DNA of 64,000 nt from an uncultured Gemmatimonadales bacterium (GTDB lineage: Bacteria > Gemmatimonadota > Gemmatimonadetes > Gemmatimonadales > GWC2-71-9), in NCBI GenBank assembly GCA_963844035.1, contig CAWJMT010000004.1:256001-320000 (forward strand). Direction: 5' to 3'. A model generated the notes under the pieces. It had not been told where the DNA came from. It searched no databases and saw only the letters and a program-made list of their open reading frames with translations. The stretch's first letter is position 1. Each line of letters begins with the position of its first letter. The translations under genes and the position numbers were made by a program. Below are positions 30,030 through 42,929 of the stretch, one piece after another.

Positions 30030-30598
30030 CGGTCACCCGCTGCGCCTGGGCCGAGTCCGGGCCGCTGATGACCGCCTACCACGACACCGAGTGGGGTGTT
30101 CCGGTCCACGACGACCGCAAGCACTTCGAATTCCTCATTCTCGATGCGTTTCAAGCCGGCCTGTCGTGGGCGATCGTACTCGCCAAACGGGAGAACTTCC
30201 GGCGCGCCTTTGACGGCTTCGATGCGGAGAAGATCGCGCGCTATCGCGCCCCCAAGCTCCGGAAGCTCGCGGCCGACGCCAGCATCATCCGCAACCGCCA
30301 GAAGATCGCCGGGACGGTGCAGAACGCTCGCGCGTTCCTCGCGTTACAGGAGGAGCGCGGGTCGTTCGACGCGTTCGTCTGGGAAGTCGTCGGCGGCGCA
30401 ACCCGCCACAATGCCTGGAAGACGATGCGCCAGGTCCCCGCGACGACCAAGGAATCGGACCGGCTGAGCAAGGCGCTCAAGGAGCGTGGGTTCACGTTCG
30501 TCGGCTCGACAATCTGCTACGCCTACATGCAGGCCGCCGGTTTGGTCAATGATCACCTCGTGTCCTGCTTCCGTCGCGTATCATTGCCGCGGGGTTGA
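30026..30598 (+). CDS. tag: DNA-3-methyladenine glycosylase I
   Basis: RCAWA, YHDTEWG, QAGLSW, IIRNRQKI, FVGSTICYAYMQA.G.VNDH..C. Confidence 0.94.
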   Translation: MTVTRCAWAESGPLMTAYHDTEWGVPVHDDRKHFEFLILDAFQAGLSWAIVLAKRENFRRAFDGFDAEKIARYRAPKLRKLAADASIIRNRQKIAGTVQNARAFLALQEERGSFDAFVWEVVGGATRHNAWKTMRQVPATTKESDRLSKALKERGFTFVGSTICYAYMQAAGLVNDHLVSCFRRVSLPRG

Positions 30599-30738
30599 AC
30601 CGGACGCGCGCCACGGTGTAGGAACGCGCGTATGGATGCTGCGCCCCGAGAAGTCGAAATGAACGGACAACCCGAACCCGCGTGACGCAGGTCACGCCCT
30701 TCCTGGCACGAGGGCCTTCAGGCCCAGGAGTCATGCAC

Positions 30739-31590
30739 ATGGTCAGTCAGAGTCGTATCGTCGCAACCCGCGCGGGCCTGGTGCTCGCGCTTCTCGCCGG
30801 GGCCGCATGCCAGCAGAAGCCCTCGGCGGAAACCCAGGGCAAGCTCTCCGAGCTGAGCAAGGTGTCGGCCGAACGGGACAAGCTGCTCGCGGAAATGGCC
30901 GAGAACGCGAGGATGATGAGCCAGATCAGTGCCGACCTGGCCCGGGTCCGGATTCCGTCCAAGCAGCTCAAGGTCTCGAGCGAGTCGCCCCTCGGGGCGC
31001 AGCGCGACAGCACCGTGCGGAAGATCCGCTACATCACGGCGCGCGTGAAGGAGACCGAGCAGAAGCTGGATCAGAGCCAGGAGCGGATCAAAGAGCTCTC
31101 GACGCTGTCGGACAGCCTGCGCGGCACCCTCCAGGTGACGATGGACAACTATCGCGTCGTCGTCGAGGAGCAGAAGGCGACGATCGTCGCCTTGACGGAC
31201 CAGGTCTCCCAGCTGACCGACACCGTGAACCTGCTCAAGGAGCAGAACAACACGGTGTACTACATCATCGGCACCAAGGACGAGCTGTTGCAGAAGGGCA
31301 TCGTGATTCAAAGCGGTGGCAGCCGATTCCCGCTGCTGTTCGCCAAGGTGGGGCAGACGATCGTCCCGGCCCGCGAGCTCGACCCGTCGGTGTTCACCAA
31401 GATCAACAAGCGCGAAGTGACCGAGATCGCCTTGCCGGGCTCGGATTCGTACCGCATCGCGTCACGGCAGGACCTCCAAGGACTGGCCGAACCTCCGACC
31501 AACGGAGGCCACGTCGCCGGCTCGCTGAAGATCGCGAACCCCGACAGGTTCTGGCTCGGTTCGCGGTTCCTGATCCTCATTCAAGGCTAA
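30739..31590 (+). CDS. Coiled-coil lipoprotein
   Basis: GAAC lipobox, long heptad region, NTVYYIIGTKDELL..G, FW..SRFL. Confidence 0.75.
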   Translation: MVSQSRIVATRAGLVLALLAGAACQQKPSAETQGKLSELSKVSAERDKLLAEMAENARMMSQISADLARVRIPSKQLKVSSESPLGAQRDSTVRKIRYITARVKETEQKLDQSQERIKELSTLSDSLRGTLQVTMDNYRVVVEEQKATIVALTDQVSQLTDTVNLLKEQNNTVYYIIGTKDELLQKGIVIQSGGSRFPLLFAKVGQTIVPARELDPSVFTKINKREVTEIALPGSDSYRIASRQDLQGLAEPPTNGGHVAGSLKIANPDRFWLGSRFLILIQG

Positions 31591-31599
31591 GGGCTGTCC

Positions 31600-31635
31600 G
31601 AGGGCCCGCGCCAAACGGCGCGGGCCCTCTTGTTT
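31600..31635 (+). terminator. Rho-independent terminator
   Basis: GAGGGCCCGCGCC-aaac-GGCGCGGGCCCTC followed by TTGTTT. Confidence 0.85.
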
Positions 31636-31723
31636 CAGTCCCACGCATCGTTCGCAACCCTTGACCGAACCAGCCTCGAGCGCGAAGTTCGCCCCCCTGA
31701 CCCATGACCCGCGAGGTGTTGCT

Positions 31724-32932
31724 ATGAAAGCGAAGTTCGCCGTACTACTGGCCATGTTGCCGTTGTCGGCCGCCGCGGTGCATTGGCGCGCACCGGGGGA
31801 GGCATCGGATGAATCGGTGTTCGTACGTAACCTTCAGCCCGGCCAGCACGAGTCCCTGCTCTACGTGTGGACGAGCGACGCCGACGGGAAGAACCCCGAC
31901 TTCGTGACCGTGATCGACGCTGAGCCCGCCTCGTCGACCTACGCGACGGTGGTCGCCACCGCGCCGACCGACTCTCTGGCCAACGAGGCGCACCACTTCG
32001 GCTACACCGCCGACGCCGATCGCATCTTTGCCGGCGGATTGTTCACCAATCGGTTGTTCATTTACGACGTCAAGACCGATCCCCGGCAACCGAAGCTGAT
32101 CCGCACCGTGCCGGACCTCGCGAAGACAACCGGCTACTCGGGTCCGCACACCTTCTACGCGGTCCCAAGCGGCGTCATGATCGCGATGCTCGGCGGCAAG
32201 AACGGGGGCGCACCCGGCGGCCTGGTCACGCTCGACAACGATGGCAAGTTCCTGCGGGCGCTGGCCGCGCCCAAGTACATGTACGACGTAGGCGTGAAAC
32301 CGGGCCTCAATCTCATGATCACGTCGAGCTGGGCGCACCCGCACGACATCACGCACGGCATGGCGCCGATGGATTCGGTCGGCGATGCCGTCGTCGTCTG
32401 GAATTTCGCCACCGGAGAGGTGCTCCAGGAGGAGCATCTCGACAAGGCGCCGCTCGAGATCCGCTGGTTGCACGCCCCCCGCGCGCGCGGCGGATTCGTC
32501 AACTGCACCTTCGGCAACAGCGTGTGGTACTGGGAGGTTGGCAAGGATGGCAAGGTCGCCTTCACGAAGGCGATCCAGCTCGCCGACGGCTCGCTCCCGG
32601 CCGACATGCGGATTTCCTACGACGACAAGTTCCTGTTCGTCTCGCTGTTCGGCGGTAACGCCGTGCACCAGTACGACATCTCGAAACCGCTCACGCCCAC
32701 GCTGGTGAGCAAGATCGACGTACCGCAGGCACAGATGATGAAGCTGACCCCCGACAACCAGCGGCTCTACATCAGCAACTCGCTGTTGTCCAACCTCGAT
32801 GGCAAGGTGCCGTATCGGGTCCGCTTGATCAACGTTGGACCGACCGGCATGTCGCTCGATCCCAAGTTCGACGTGGATTTCGAAAGCCTGCCGACGGGTC
32901 AGGGCCGCCCGCACGACATGTTGTTGAAGTAG
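31724..32932 (+). CDS. Secreted SBP56 (selenium-binding / methanethiol oxidase-like) beta-propeller
   Basis: Signal peptide; DFVTVID, NEAHHFG, GPHT, YMYD, PLEIR, DMRISYDDKFL, QMMKLTPD..RLY..NSL. Confidence 0.85.
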   Translation: MKAKFAVLLAMLPLSAAAVHWRAPGEASDESVFVRNLQPGQHESLLYVWTSDADGKNPDFVTVIDAEPASSTYATVVATAPTDSLANEAHHFGYTADADRIFAGGLFTNRLFIYDVKTDPRQPKLIRTVPDLAKTTGYSGPHTFYAVPSGVMIAMLGGKNGGAPGGLVTLDNDGKFLRALAAPKYMYDVGVKPGLNLMITSSWAHPHDITHGMAPMDSVGDAVVVWNFATGEVLQEEHLDKAPLEIRWLHAPRARGGFVNCTFGNSVWYWEVGKDGKVAFTKAIQLADGSLPADMRISYDDKFLFVSLFGGNAVHQYDISKPLTPTLVSKIDVPQAQMMKLTPDNQRLYISNSLLSNLDGKVPYRVRLINVGPTGMSLDPKFDVDFESLPTGQGRPHDMLLK

Positions 32933-32972
32933 CGCTTATCAACGGTGGCGGGGGCCCTCGGGCCCCCGCCGC

Positions 32973-33773
32973 TCATCCGAACGCCCGCCGCTCGAAGGCC
33001 CGCAGCCCCCACAGCCAGAACGCGATGGTCATCACCGCCAGCGCCAGGAACACGAACGCCAGCGGCATGTGCGGCAGTCCCGGCGTCAGGGCCCCGCGCA
33101 TCCCCTCCGACACATAGACCAGTGGATTGATCAACACCGCGTACTTGAACGCCGGGACCGCGCTCAACCCCTGCCAGGGATAGTAGGCGCACCCGAAGAA
33201 GATCATCGGCGCAACGATGACGGAAAACATGAGCCCGATCTGCTGCGGTTGAATGGCGGTGCCCATCAACAGGCCCAGCGCCGAAAAGGCGCTTGCCCCG
33301 AGCAACGTGACGGCGATGACCGCGCCGACATCCGTCACCGTCAACCCGGCGATCGGGCCCATGATGAGCCGTGCGATCGGCAAAACGAACACCGCCGCGA
33401 CCAGGCCCTGCAGCACACCGGCCACCATTTTCTCGAACGCGATCAGGCGTGCCGACGCGGGTGCCAGCAGCCGGTCTTCGATCTCCCTCGTCCATCCAAA
33501 GTCCTGCACCATGGGCAGGGCCACCGATTGGATACTCGAGAACGCGAGACTGATCGCCAGGATCCCCGGCAACAGCGCGGTACCGTAGTCGCGCTGCACG
33601 AAGTGCATCTGGGGCAGCAGGTAGCCGAAGACGACGACGAACAGGATCGGCTGGAGGGTGGTGCGCACGAGAAAGTACGGCAGCTCCCGCTGCGCCACGC
33701 GAAGGTCGCGGCGGAGCAGCGCCCAGAATACGCGTGCGACGGGTACCGGCGGACGGTGGGTCACGGCGGTCAA
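32973..33773 (-). CDS. ABC-2 type exporter permease
   Basis: Six TM helices; LLPGIL, EDRLLAP, INPLVYVSEGMR. Confidence 0.9.
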   Translation of the reverse strand: MTAVTHRPPVPVARVFWALLRRDLRVAQRELPYFLVRTTLQPILFVVVFGYLLPQMHFVQRDYGTALLPGILAISLAFSSIQSVALPMVQDFGWTREIEDRLLAPASARLIAFEKMVAGVLQGLVAAVFVLPIARLIMGPIAGLTVTDVGAVIAVTLLGASAFSALGLLMGTAIQPQQIGLMFSVIVAPMIFFGCAYYPWQGLSAVPAFKYAVLINPLVYVSEGMRGALTPGLPHMPLAFVFLALAVMTIAFWLWGLRAFERRAFG

Positions 33774-34732
33774 TCGAGTCTCCTCCCGGTGAGCGAAATG
33801 AACAACGTCTCGAGCGACGGCGGAGACAGCGCGACGTTGGTCACAGCCCGCCCCGCCTGCTCGGCCACTCTGATCAGGCCCGCGACCGCCTCCCCGGGGC
33901 GCTCCACATAGGCGCGCAGCACTGCTCCCTCGACGTCCGCGCGGAGCACGCCCGGCACACTACGGGCGGGCGCCGACACCGGCCCCGGGTCGCCGTCGAG
34001 CGTGAGCTCGATGAGCGTCCCTCCGGGCGCGCGGGCCTTGAGCGCGGCGGGGCGGTCCAGCGCCAGCAGCCGACCGTGGTCCACGATCGCGACGCGCTGG
34101 CAGAGCCGGTCGGCTTCCTCCATGTAGTGGGTGGTCATCACGATCGTGCGACCCTCCGCGTGCAACCCCAGGAGGATCTCCCACAACGCGAGCCGTGCCT
34201 GCGGATCGAGACCCACAGTGGGCTCATCGAGGAACAGTACGTGCGGCTCGTGGATCAGCGCGCGGGCGATCATGAGGCGCTGCTGCTGGCCCCCCGAGAT
34301 CTCATCCACTTTGGCCGCACCACGGTCGCCCAGTCCGAGCGATGCCAGCAGCTCGTTCGCGCGGGCGGCGGCGGCGCGGCGCGGAATTCCGAAGTACGCC
34401 GCATGGTAGACGAGATTCTCGAGCACCGTGAGACTGCGGTCGGGGTTGGGCCGTTGCGGGACCACGCCAATCCGCTGCTTGACCGCCACCGGCTCCCGCA
34501 CCACATCCGCCCCCGCCACGGAGGCGGTGCCGGACGTCGGCCGCACGCGGGTCGTGAGAATCCCGATAGTCGTCGTCTTCCCGGCACCGTTGGGTCCGAG
34601 CAGCCCGAAGAACTCGCCGGTCTGAACCTCGAGGTCGAGACCTTCGAGCGCGATGACGCCCGGCCCCTTGCCACCGGGTCCGGGATACACTTTGCGGAGC
34701 GTGCGCGTGTGGATAGCAGCTTCAGCGGTCAC
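33770..34732 (-). CDS. ABC exporter ATP-binding protein (DrrA/NodI-like)
   Basis: [37 protein letters not shown]. Confidence 0.93.
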   Translation of the reverse strand: MTAEAAIHTRTLRKVYPGPGGKGPGVIALEGLDLEVQTGEFFGLLGPNGAGKTTTIGILTTRVRPTSGTASVAGADVVREPVAVKQRIGVVPQRPNPDRSLTVLENLVYHAAYFGIPRRAAAARANELLASLGLGDRGAAKVDEISGGQQQRLMIARALIHEPHVLFLDEPTVGLDPQARLALWEILLGLHAEGRTIVMTTHYMEEADRLCQRVAIVDHGRLLALDRPAALKARAPGGTLIELTLDGDPGPVSAPARSVPGVLRADVEGAVLRAYVERPGEAVAGLIRVAEQAGRAVTNVALSPPSLETLFISLTGRRLD

Positions 34733-34773
34733 GAACGAGTCCTTGGCGTGTTCGAGTGATTAACTTTAACAGC

Positions 34774-36442
34774 ATGTCAGAGCTGCGCAGCCGCACAATC
34801 ACCCAGGGCGTTCAACGCGCTCCCAACCGGGCCATGCTGCGGGCGGTGGGATTCGGCGACCGTGATTTCGACAAGCCGATCGTCGGCATCGCCAACGCCT
34901 ACAGCACGATCACTCCGTGCAACCTTGGGCTCGATGGTCTCACCCGGCGCGCCGAGGCGGCGATCAGGGCCGCCGGCGCCATGCCGCAGACATTCGGTAC
35001 GATCACCGTCAGCGACGGCATCTCCATGGGCACGGAAGGGATGAAGTACTCCCTCGTGTCGCGCGAGGTGATCGCCGACTCGATAGAGACCGCCTGCAGC
35101 GCGCAGTCCATGGACGGCGTCCTCACGATTGGTGGATGCGACAAGAACATGCCCGGTGCGATGATCGCGATCGCCCGCATGAACATCCCCGCCCTGTTCG
35201 TCTACGGCGGAACGATCAAGCCCGGTCACTTCGATGGGCGCGATCTCACCATCGTGAGCGTGTTCGAGGCGGTGGGAGAGTTCAGCGCCAAGAAGATCGA
35301 TGCCGCCGAGCTGCTGGAAGTCGAGCGCCGCGCTTGCCCGGGCGCCGGCTCGTGCGGTGGGATGTACACCGCGAATACGATGTCCTCGGTGTTCGAAGCG
35401 ATGGGGATGAGCCTCCCCTACTCGTCCACGATGGCCGCCGAAGACGACGAAAAGGGGGCCAGCGCCGTACGCTCGGCCCAGGTGTTGGTCGACGCGATCC
35501 GCCGCGACCTGCGCCCGCGCCAGATGCTGACCCGCCAGGCGTTCGAGAACGCCATCGCGGTGGCCCTGGCGATCGGCGGCTCGACCAACGCCGTACTGCA
35601 CCTGCTCGCCATCGCGCATGCGGCGCAGGTACCGCTCACACTCGATGACTTCGAAGCGATGCGGTCGCGAGTGCCGGTGCTGTGTGACCTGAAGCCCTCG
35701 GGGCGCTTCGTCGCAACCGACCTGCACCGGGCGGGGGGCATCCCGCAGGTGATGAAGATCCTGCTGGTGCATGGCGTGCTACACGGCGACGCGTTGTCCG
35801 TCACCGGGCAGACGATCGCTGAGGTGCTGCGCGACGTCCCAGTGGAGCCTCGCAAGGATCAAGAGGTGATTCGCCCCTGGGATCGGCCGCTCTACGCGCA
35901 GGGCCACCTCGCCATCCTGCGCGGCAATCTGGCCACGGAAGGGGCAGTAGCGAAGATCAGCGGGGTGAAGAAGCCCCGCGTGACAGGCCCCGCGCGCGTG
36001 TTCGACACCGAGGAGGCGTGTCTCGACGGGATCCTGGCCGGCCGCATCAAGGCGGGCGATGTGATCGTGATCCGCTACGAGGGACCCAAAGGCGGCCCCG
36101 GGATGCGGGAGATGCTGTCTCCCACGGCCGCGCTCATCGGCGCAGGCCTCGGCGACTCGGTCGGGCTGATTACGGACGGGCGGTTTTCAGGCGGGACATA
36201 CGGAATGGTGGTGGGCCACGTAGCGCCGGAAGCCGCGGTCGGGGGGACGCTGGCGCTGGTGGAAGAGGGCGACCCGATCACGATTGATGCCGAGCGCCGG
36301 CTGCTGCAGCTCGATGTACCGGAGGCGGAGATCCAGCGGCGTCGCGCCAAGTGGCGCCCGCCTGCTCCACGCTACACGACGGGAGTGTTGGCCAAGTACG
36401 CGAAGCTCGTGTCCAGCGCGAGCGTGGGTGCGGTAACCGACC

Positions 36443-36453
<11 letters not shown>
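34774..36453 (+). CDS. ilvD: Dihydroxy-acid dehydratase
   Basis: [47 protein letters not shown]. Confidence 0.96.
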
Positions 36454-37529
<1,076 letters not shown>

Positions 37530-37533
<4 letters not shown>

Positions 37534-38119
37534 CGGCGACGCTCGAACGCCGCGATCAGCGGCTCGTCGAGCAGCGTCCGTCCGATCTCGTCGATCCCCC
37601 GGAGCAGCATCTCGCGGCGATAGGGCTCCAGCTCGAACCGCGTGCGGAATCCGTTCCCGTCCTCCACCTGCTGCTCCTGCAGGTCGATCGTGAGCGAGTA
37701 CCCGTTACTCGCGGCCTCACTGCGCCGCTGCAGGTCGTCGACTTCCTGCGGCTCCAGGCGGACCGGCAGGATGCCGTTCTGGCAACAGTTGGCGAAGAAG
37801 ATGTCGGCGAACGACGGCGCGACGACCGCGCGGAACCCGTAGTCGGCGAGCGCCCACGCGGCGTGCTCGCGCGACGAGCCACACCCGAAGTTGGCTCCCG
37901 CCACCAGGATGCTGGCCCCCTGGGCCGCCGGCCGGTTGAGCTCGAACTTCGGGTCGGGCGTCTTGCCGTCGCCCAAATAGCGCCAATCGTAGAACAGCGC
38001 CGGCCCCAGGCCGGTGCGCGAGAGCCCCTTCAGAAACTGCTTCGGGATGATCTGATCGGTGTCGACGTTGGCGCGGGGGAGTACCACTGCACGCCCAGTG
38101 TGACGGACAAACGGCTCCA

Positions 38120-38120
<1 letters not shown>
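37530..38120 (-). CDS. leuD: 3-isopropylmalate dehydratase small subunit
   Basis: [31 protein letters not shown]. Confidence 0.94.
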
Positions 38121-39574
<1,454 letters not shown>

Positions 39575-39578
<4 letters not shown>

Positions 39579-40654
39579 CGCGCCGCGGCGGCCTTCCCTG
39601 TGGAGGGACGGTCGGCAGCACCAGCGGGCTTCGCGGCGGCCCGTGCCTTGCCTTCTTCCGACCAGGGCATCATTGCGCGCAGCTTCGCGCCCACGCGCTC
39701 GATCGGGTGATCGTTCTCGCTCTTGCGCAGTGCGTTGAACCGCTTCCCCCCGGCGCGCGTCTCGGCGATCCACTCCCGGGCGAAGCTGCCGTCCTGAATT
39801 TCCTTGAGGATCTGCGCCATCTCTTTGCGCACCGCGTCGGTGATGATGCGGGGCCCGCGGGTGTAGTCACCGTACTCGGCGGTGTCGCTGATGGAGTAGC
39901 GCATGAACTTCATGCCGCCGCGGTACATCAGGTCCACGATGAGCTTCAGCTCGTGCATGCACTCGAAATACGCGAGCTCGGGGGAGTAGCCGGCATTCAC
40001 GAGCGTGTCGAACCCGCCCTTGATGAGCGCGGTCACGCCGCCGCACAGCACCGACTGCTCGCCGAACAGGTCAGTCTCGGTCTCTTCGCGGAACGTCGTC
40101 TCGAGCACGCCGGCCCTGATACAGCCGATGCCGAGCGCGTAGGCCAGCGCGTCCGCCAGCGCGTTGCCGCTTGCGTCCTGGTGCACCGCCACCAGCGCGG
40201 GCACGCCGCGGCCGGCCTGAAACTCGCTCCGGACCAGATGGCCCGGCGACTTGGGCGCAATCATCGACACGTCCACTGCGGCCGGGGGAGCGATCTCCTT
40301 GAAGTGGATGTTGAAACCGTGGGCGAACATCAGCGTCTTCCCCTTGCGCATCGCGGGCGCGATCCCGGACTCGTACACCGCGCGGGCATCCTGGTCGGGC
40401 ACGAGCACCATGATGACGTCCGCCGCCGCCGCTGCGTCCGCCACCGGGCGGACATCCAGGCCCTCCGCCAGCGCCCGTTCCCACGAGGCGCCCTTGGGCC
40501 GCAGACCAACGATCACGGTGCCGCCTGAGTCGCGCAGGTTGAGTGCATGGGCGTGGCCCTGGCTCCCGTATCCGATGATCGCGACCGTGCGCCCGTTGAA
40601 CCGGCGGGGATCCACATCGGCGTCGTAGAAAGCGCGGACTTCCTTGGCGGTCAT
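39575..40654 (-). CDS. ilvC: Ketol-acid reductoisomerase
   Basis: [42 protein letters not shown]. Confidence 0.96.
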
Positions 40655-41182
40655 AACACAGCCTCCGATGGATTGTGTGGAGCGGGAGACGGAGACGATC
40701 CGTCGGCACTGCGCATGGCGACGGCGCCGCTGCGCGCGATCTCCAGGATCCCGAATGGCTCGAGGGCCCGAATACACGCCTCGGTGCGCTCCGCGGCCCC
40801 GGCGATTTCGACGATGCTCGCACGCGGCGCCTTCGTCCACCACGGCGGCACCGAACTTCGCAACGACTGCCAGGAACGCGGCGCGGCCGACGGGGGAGGG
40901 TCGCACCTTGATCAGCGCGATCTCCCGGGTGACGGCGTCCTCGGCCGGGAACATCACGGCGTGGCGCACGCCGAAGGATTTCTGGAGCTGCCGCACGAGG
41001 CGGTCGGCGCTCGCGTCGTCGGCCTGCATGACGAACGTGAGTCGTGAAACGCCGGGGGTCTGGCTGGCGCTCGCCGCGAGTGCCGCGATCGGGACGTTCC
41101 GCCGGCGCACCACCCCGATCACGCGATTGAACGTAAGCAAGTCATCGTCGAGCAGAACCGAGATGGCGTGGGACCGCGCCAT
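40651..41182 (-). CDS. ilvN: Acetolactate synthase regulatory subunit (divergent; frameshift near 40825)
   Basis: [30 protein letters not shown]; located between ilvB and ilvC. Confidence 0.8.
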
Positions 41183-41188
41183 CGAGCG

Positions 41189-42892
41189 TTACACCGCCGG
41201 CGCGGCCGCCGGCTCCGCCTCGATGGGCTCGGACAGCGACCCGCCGGGCGGGATCATCGGGTACACGTTGGCTTCCTGCGCGATGACGAATTCTACGAGC
41301 GCGGGGCCGGCGTGCGCGTTGGCCTTCTGGACCACGTCCGCCAGCTGCCCCCGGTTCTCCACCCGCCACCCGGCGATCCCGTAGGCGTCGGCCAGCTTCA
41401 CGTAGTCCGGGCTCCAGATCGGCGTGCTGGAGTAGCGCTTCTCATGGAAGAACTGCTGCCACTGGCGCACCATGCCGAGGTAGCCGTTGTTGAAGATCGC
41501 CATCTTCACGGACAGGCCTTCCTGCACCATGGTGGCGATCTCCGCCATGTTCATCTGGAATCCGCCGTCGCCCGAGATCGACCACACCGACTCGTCGGGC
41601 CGCGCCACGTGCACCCCGATCGCGGCGGGCACGGCAAACCCCATCGTCCCGAGCCCGCCGGAGGTGATGTGGGTGTTGGGCCGCTCGTAGGGGTAGTGCT
41701 TGGCCACCCACATCTGGTGCTGCCCCACGTCGGTCACGATCGTGCAGTGACCGCCGGTGACTTCATAGATGGAGGCCAGGATCGACTCGGGCGACAGGTC
41801 GCCCGAGAACGCTTCGGCGCGGGGCCGCACGAAGCTCCGGATTTCCGCGCGCCACGGCTCGCAATTGCGGGGCTGCACCGCCTGAACCAGGCGGCGCGTC
41901 ACATCGCCGGCATCGCCGACGATGCCCACGGCCACGGGAATGTTTTTGCCGATCTCCGCGCGATCGAGATCGATGTGCACGATCTTGGCACGGGGCGCGA
42001 ACGCCGCCACGTTGCCGGTGACCCGGTCGTCGAACCGCAGGCCGATCCCGACGATCACATCGGCGTGCTGGATCGCGCGATTCACATGCACCTCGCCATG
42101 CATCCCCGGCATGCCGAGGTGCAGCGGATGCGATTCCGGGAGGGCGCTGATCCCGAGCAACGTCGTGATCACGGGTATGCCGGTCTTCTCCGCCAGCGCC
42201 CGGACTTCGGCGTAGGCGTTGCCGAGGATCACACCGTGCCCGATCATCATCAGCGGACGCTCGGCCGCGCCGATCAGGTCGGCAGCCGCGCGAATCGCGT
42301 CGTCGAGGGATCCCAGGCTCACGCCCGCGGCTTCACCTCTGGCGCCAGCCCGGGGTGATGCCTGCGACGGCTCGTACGCGAACTTCTGGTTTTGCACGTC
42401 CTTCGGGATGTCGAGCAGCACAGGCCCGGGCCGCCCGCTCAGCGCGATCGCGATGGCTTCGCGCACGGAGCTGGCAAGCTCGGACACATCCTGCACCAGA
42501 TGGCTGTACTTGGTGATGGGCAGGGTGATGCCCATGATATCAGTTTCCTGGAACGCATCCCGTCCGATCATCGGGCGCGACACCTGGCCGGTAATGGCCA
42601 ACACCGGTGAGCTGTCCATGTGCGCGGTGGCGAGCCCGGTCACGAGGTTCGTGGCGCCGGGACCCGATGTAGCGACGCACACACCCACCCGGCCGCAGGC
42701 CCGCGCGTAGCCGTCCGCCGCATGCGCCGCTGCCTGTTCGTGCCGCACCAGGATGTGGCGCAGGCCCGGATACTCCGGCAGAGCGTGATAGAACGGCATG
42801 ATCGCCCCGCCCGGGTAGCCGAAGATCACGTCCACCCCTGCCGCCAGCAGCTCGCGGCAGAGGATTTGAGCGCCTGTAAGGGTTTCGCTCAT
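41189..42892 (-). CDS. ilvB: Acetolactate synthase large subunit
   Basis: FGYPGG, RHEQ, TSGPGATN, MPGMHG, DVGQHQMW, GDGGFQMN, LGMVRQWQ. Confidence 0.96.
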   Translation of the reverse strand: MSETLTGAQILCRELLAAGVDVIFGYPGGAIMPFYHALPEYPGLRHILVRHEQAAAHAADGYARACGRVGVCVATSGPGATNLVTGLATAHMDSSPVLAITGQVSRPMIGRDAFQETDIMGITLPITKYSHLVQDVSELASSVREAIAIALSGRPGPVLLDIPKDVQNQKFAYEPSQASPRAGARGEAAGVSLGSLDDAIRAAADLIGAAERPLMMIGHGVILGNAYAEVRALAEKTGIPVITTLLGISALPESHPLHLGMPGMHGEVHVNRAIQHADVIVGIGLRFDDRVTGNVAAFAPRAKIVHIDLDRAEIGKNIPVAVGIVGDAGDVTRRLVQAVQPRNCEPWRAEIRSFVRPRAEAFSGDLSPESILASIYEVTGGHCTIVTDVGQHQMWVAKHYPYERPNTHITSGGLGTMGFAVPAAIGVHVARPDESVWSISGDGGFQMNMAEIATMVQEGLSVKMAIFNNGYLGMVRQWQQFFHEKRYSSTPIWSPDYVKLADAYGIAGWRVENRGQLADVVQKANAHAGPALVEFVIAQEANVYPMIPPGGSLSEPIEAEPAAAPAV

Positions 42893-42929
42893 GACGGGCT
42901 CTCCGATCTCACACTCACCACGCGCAGCG

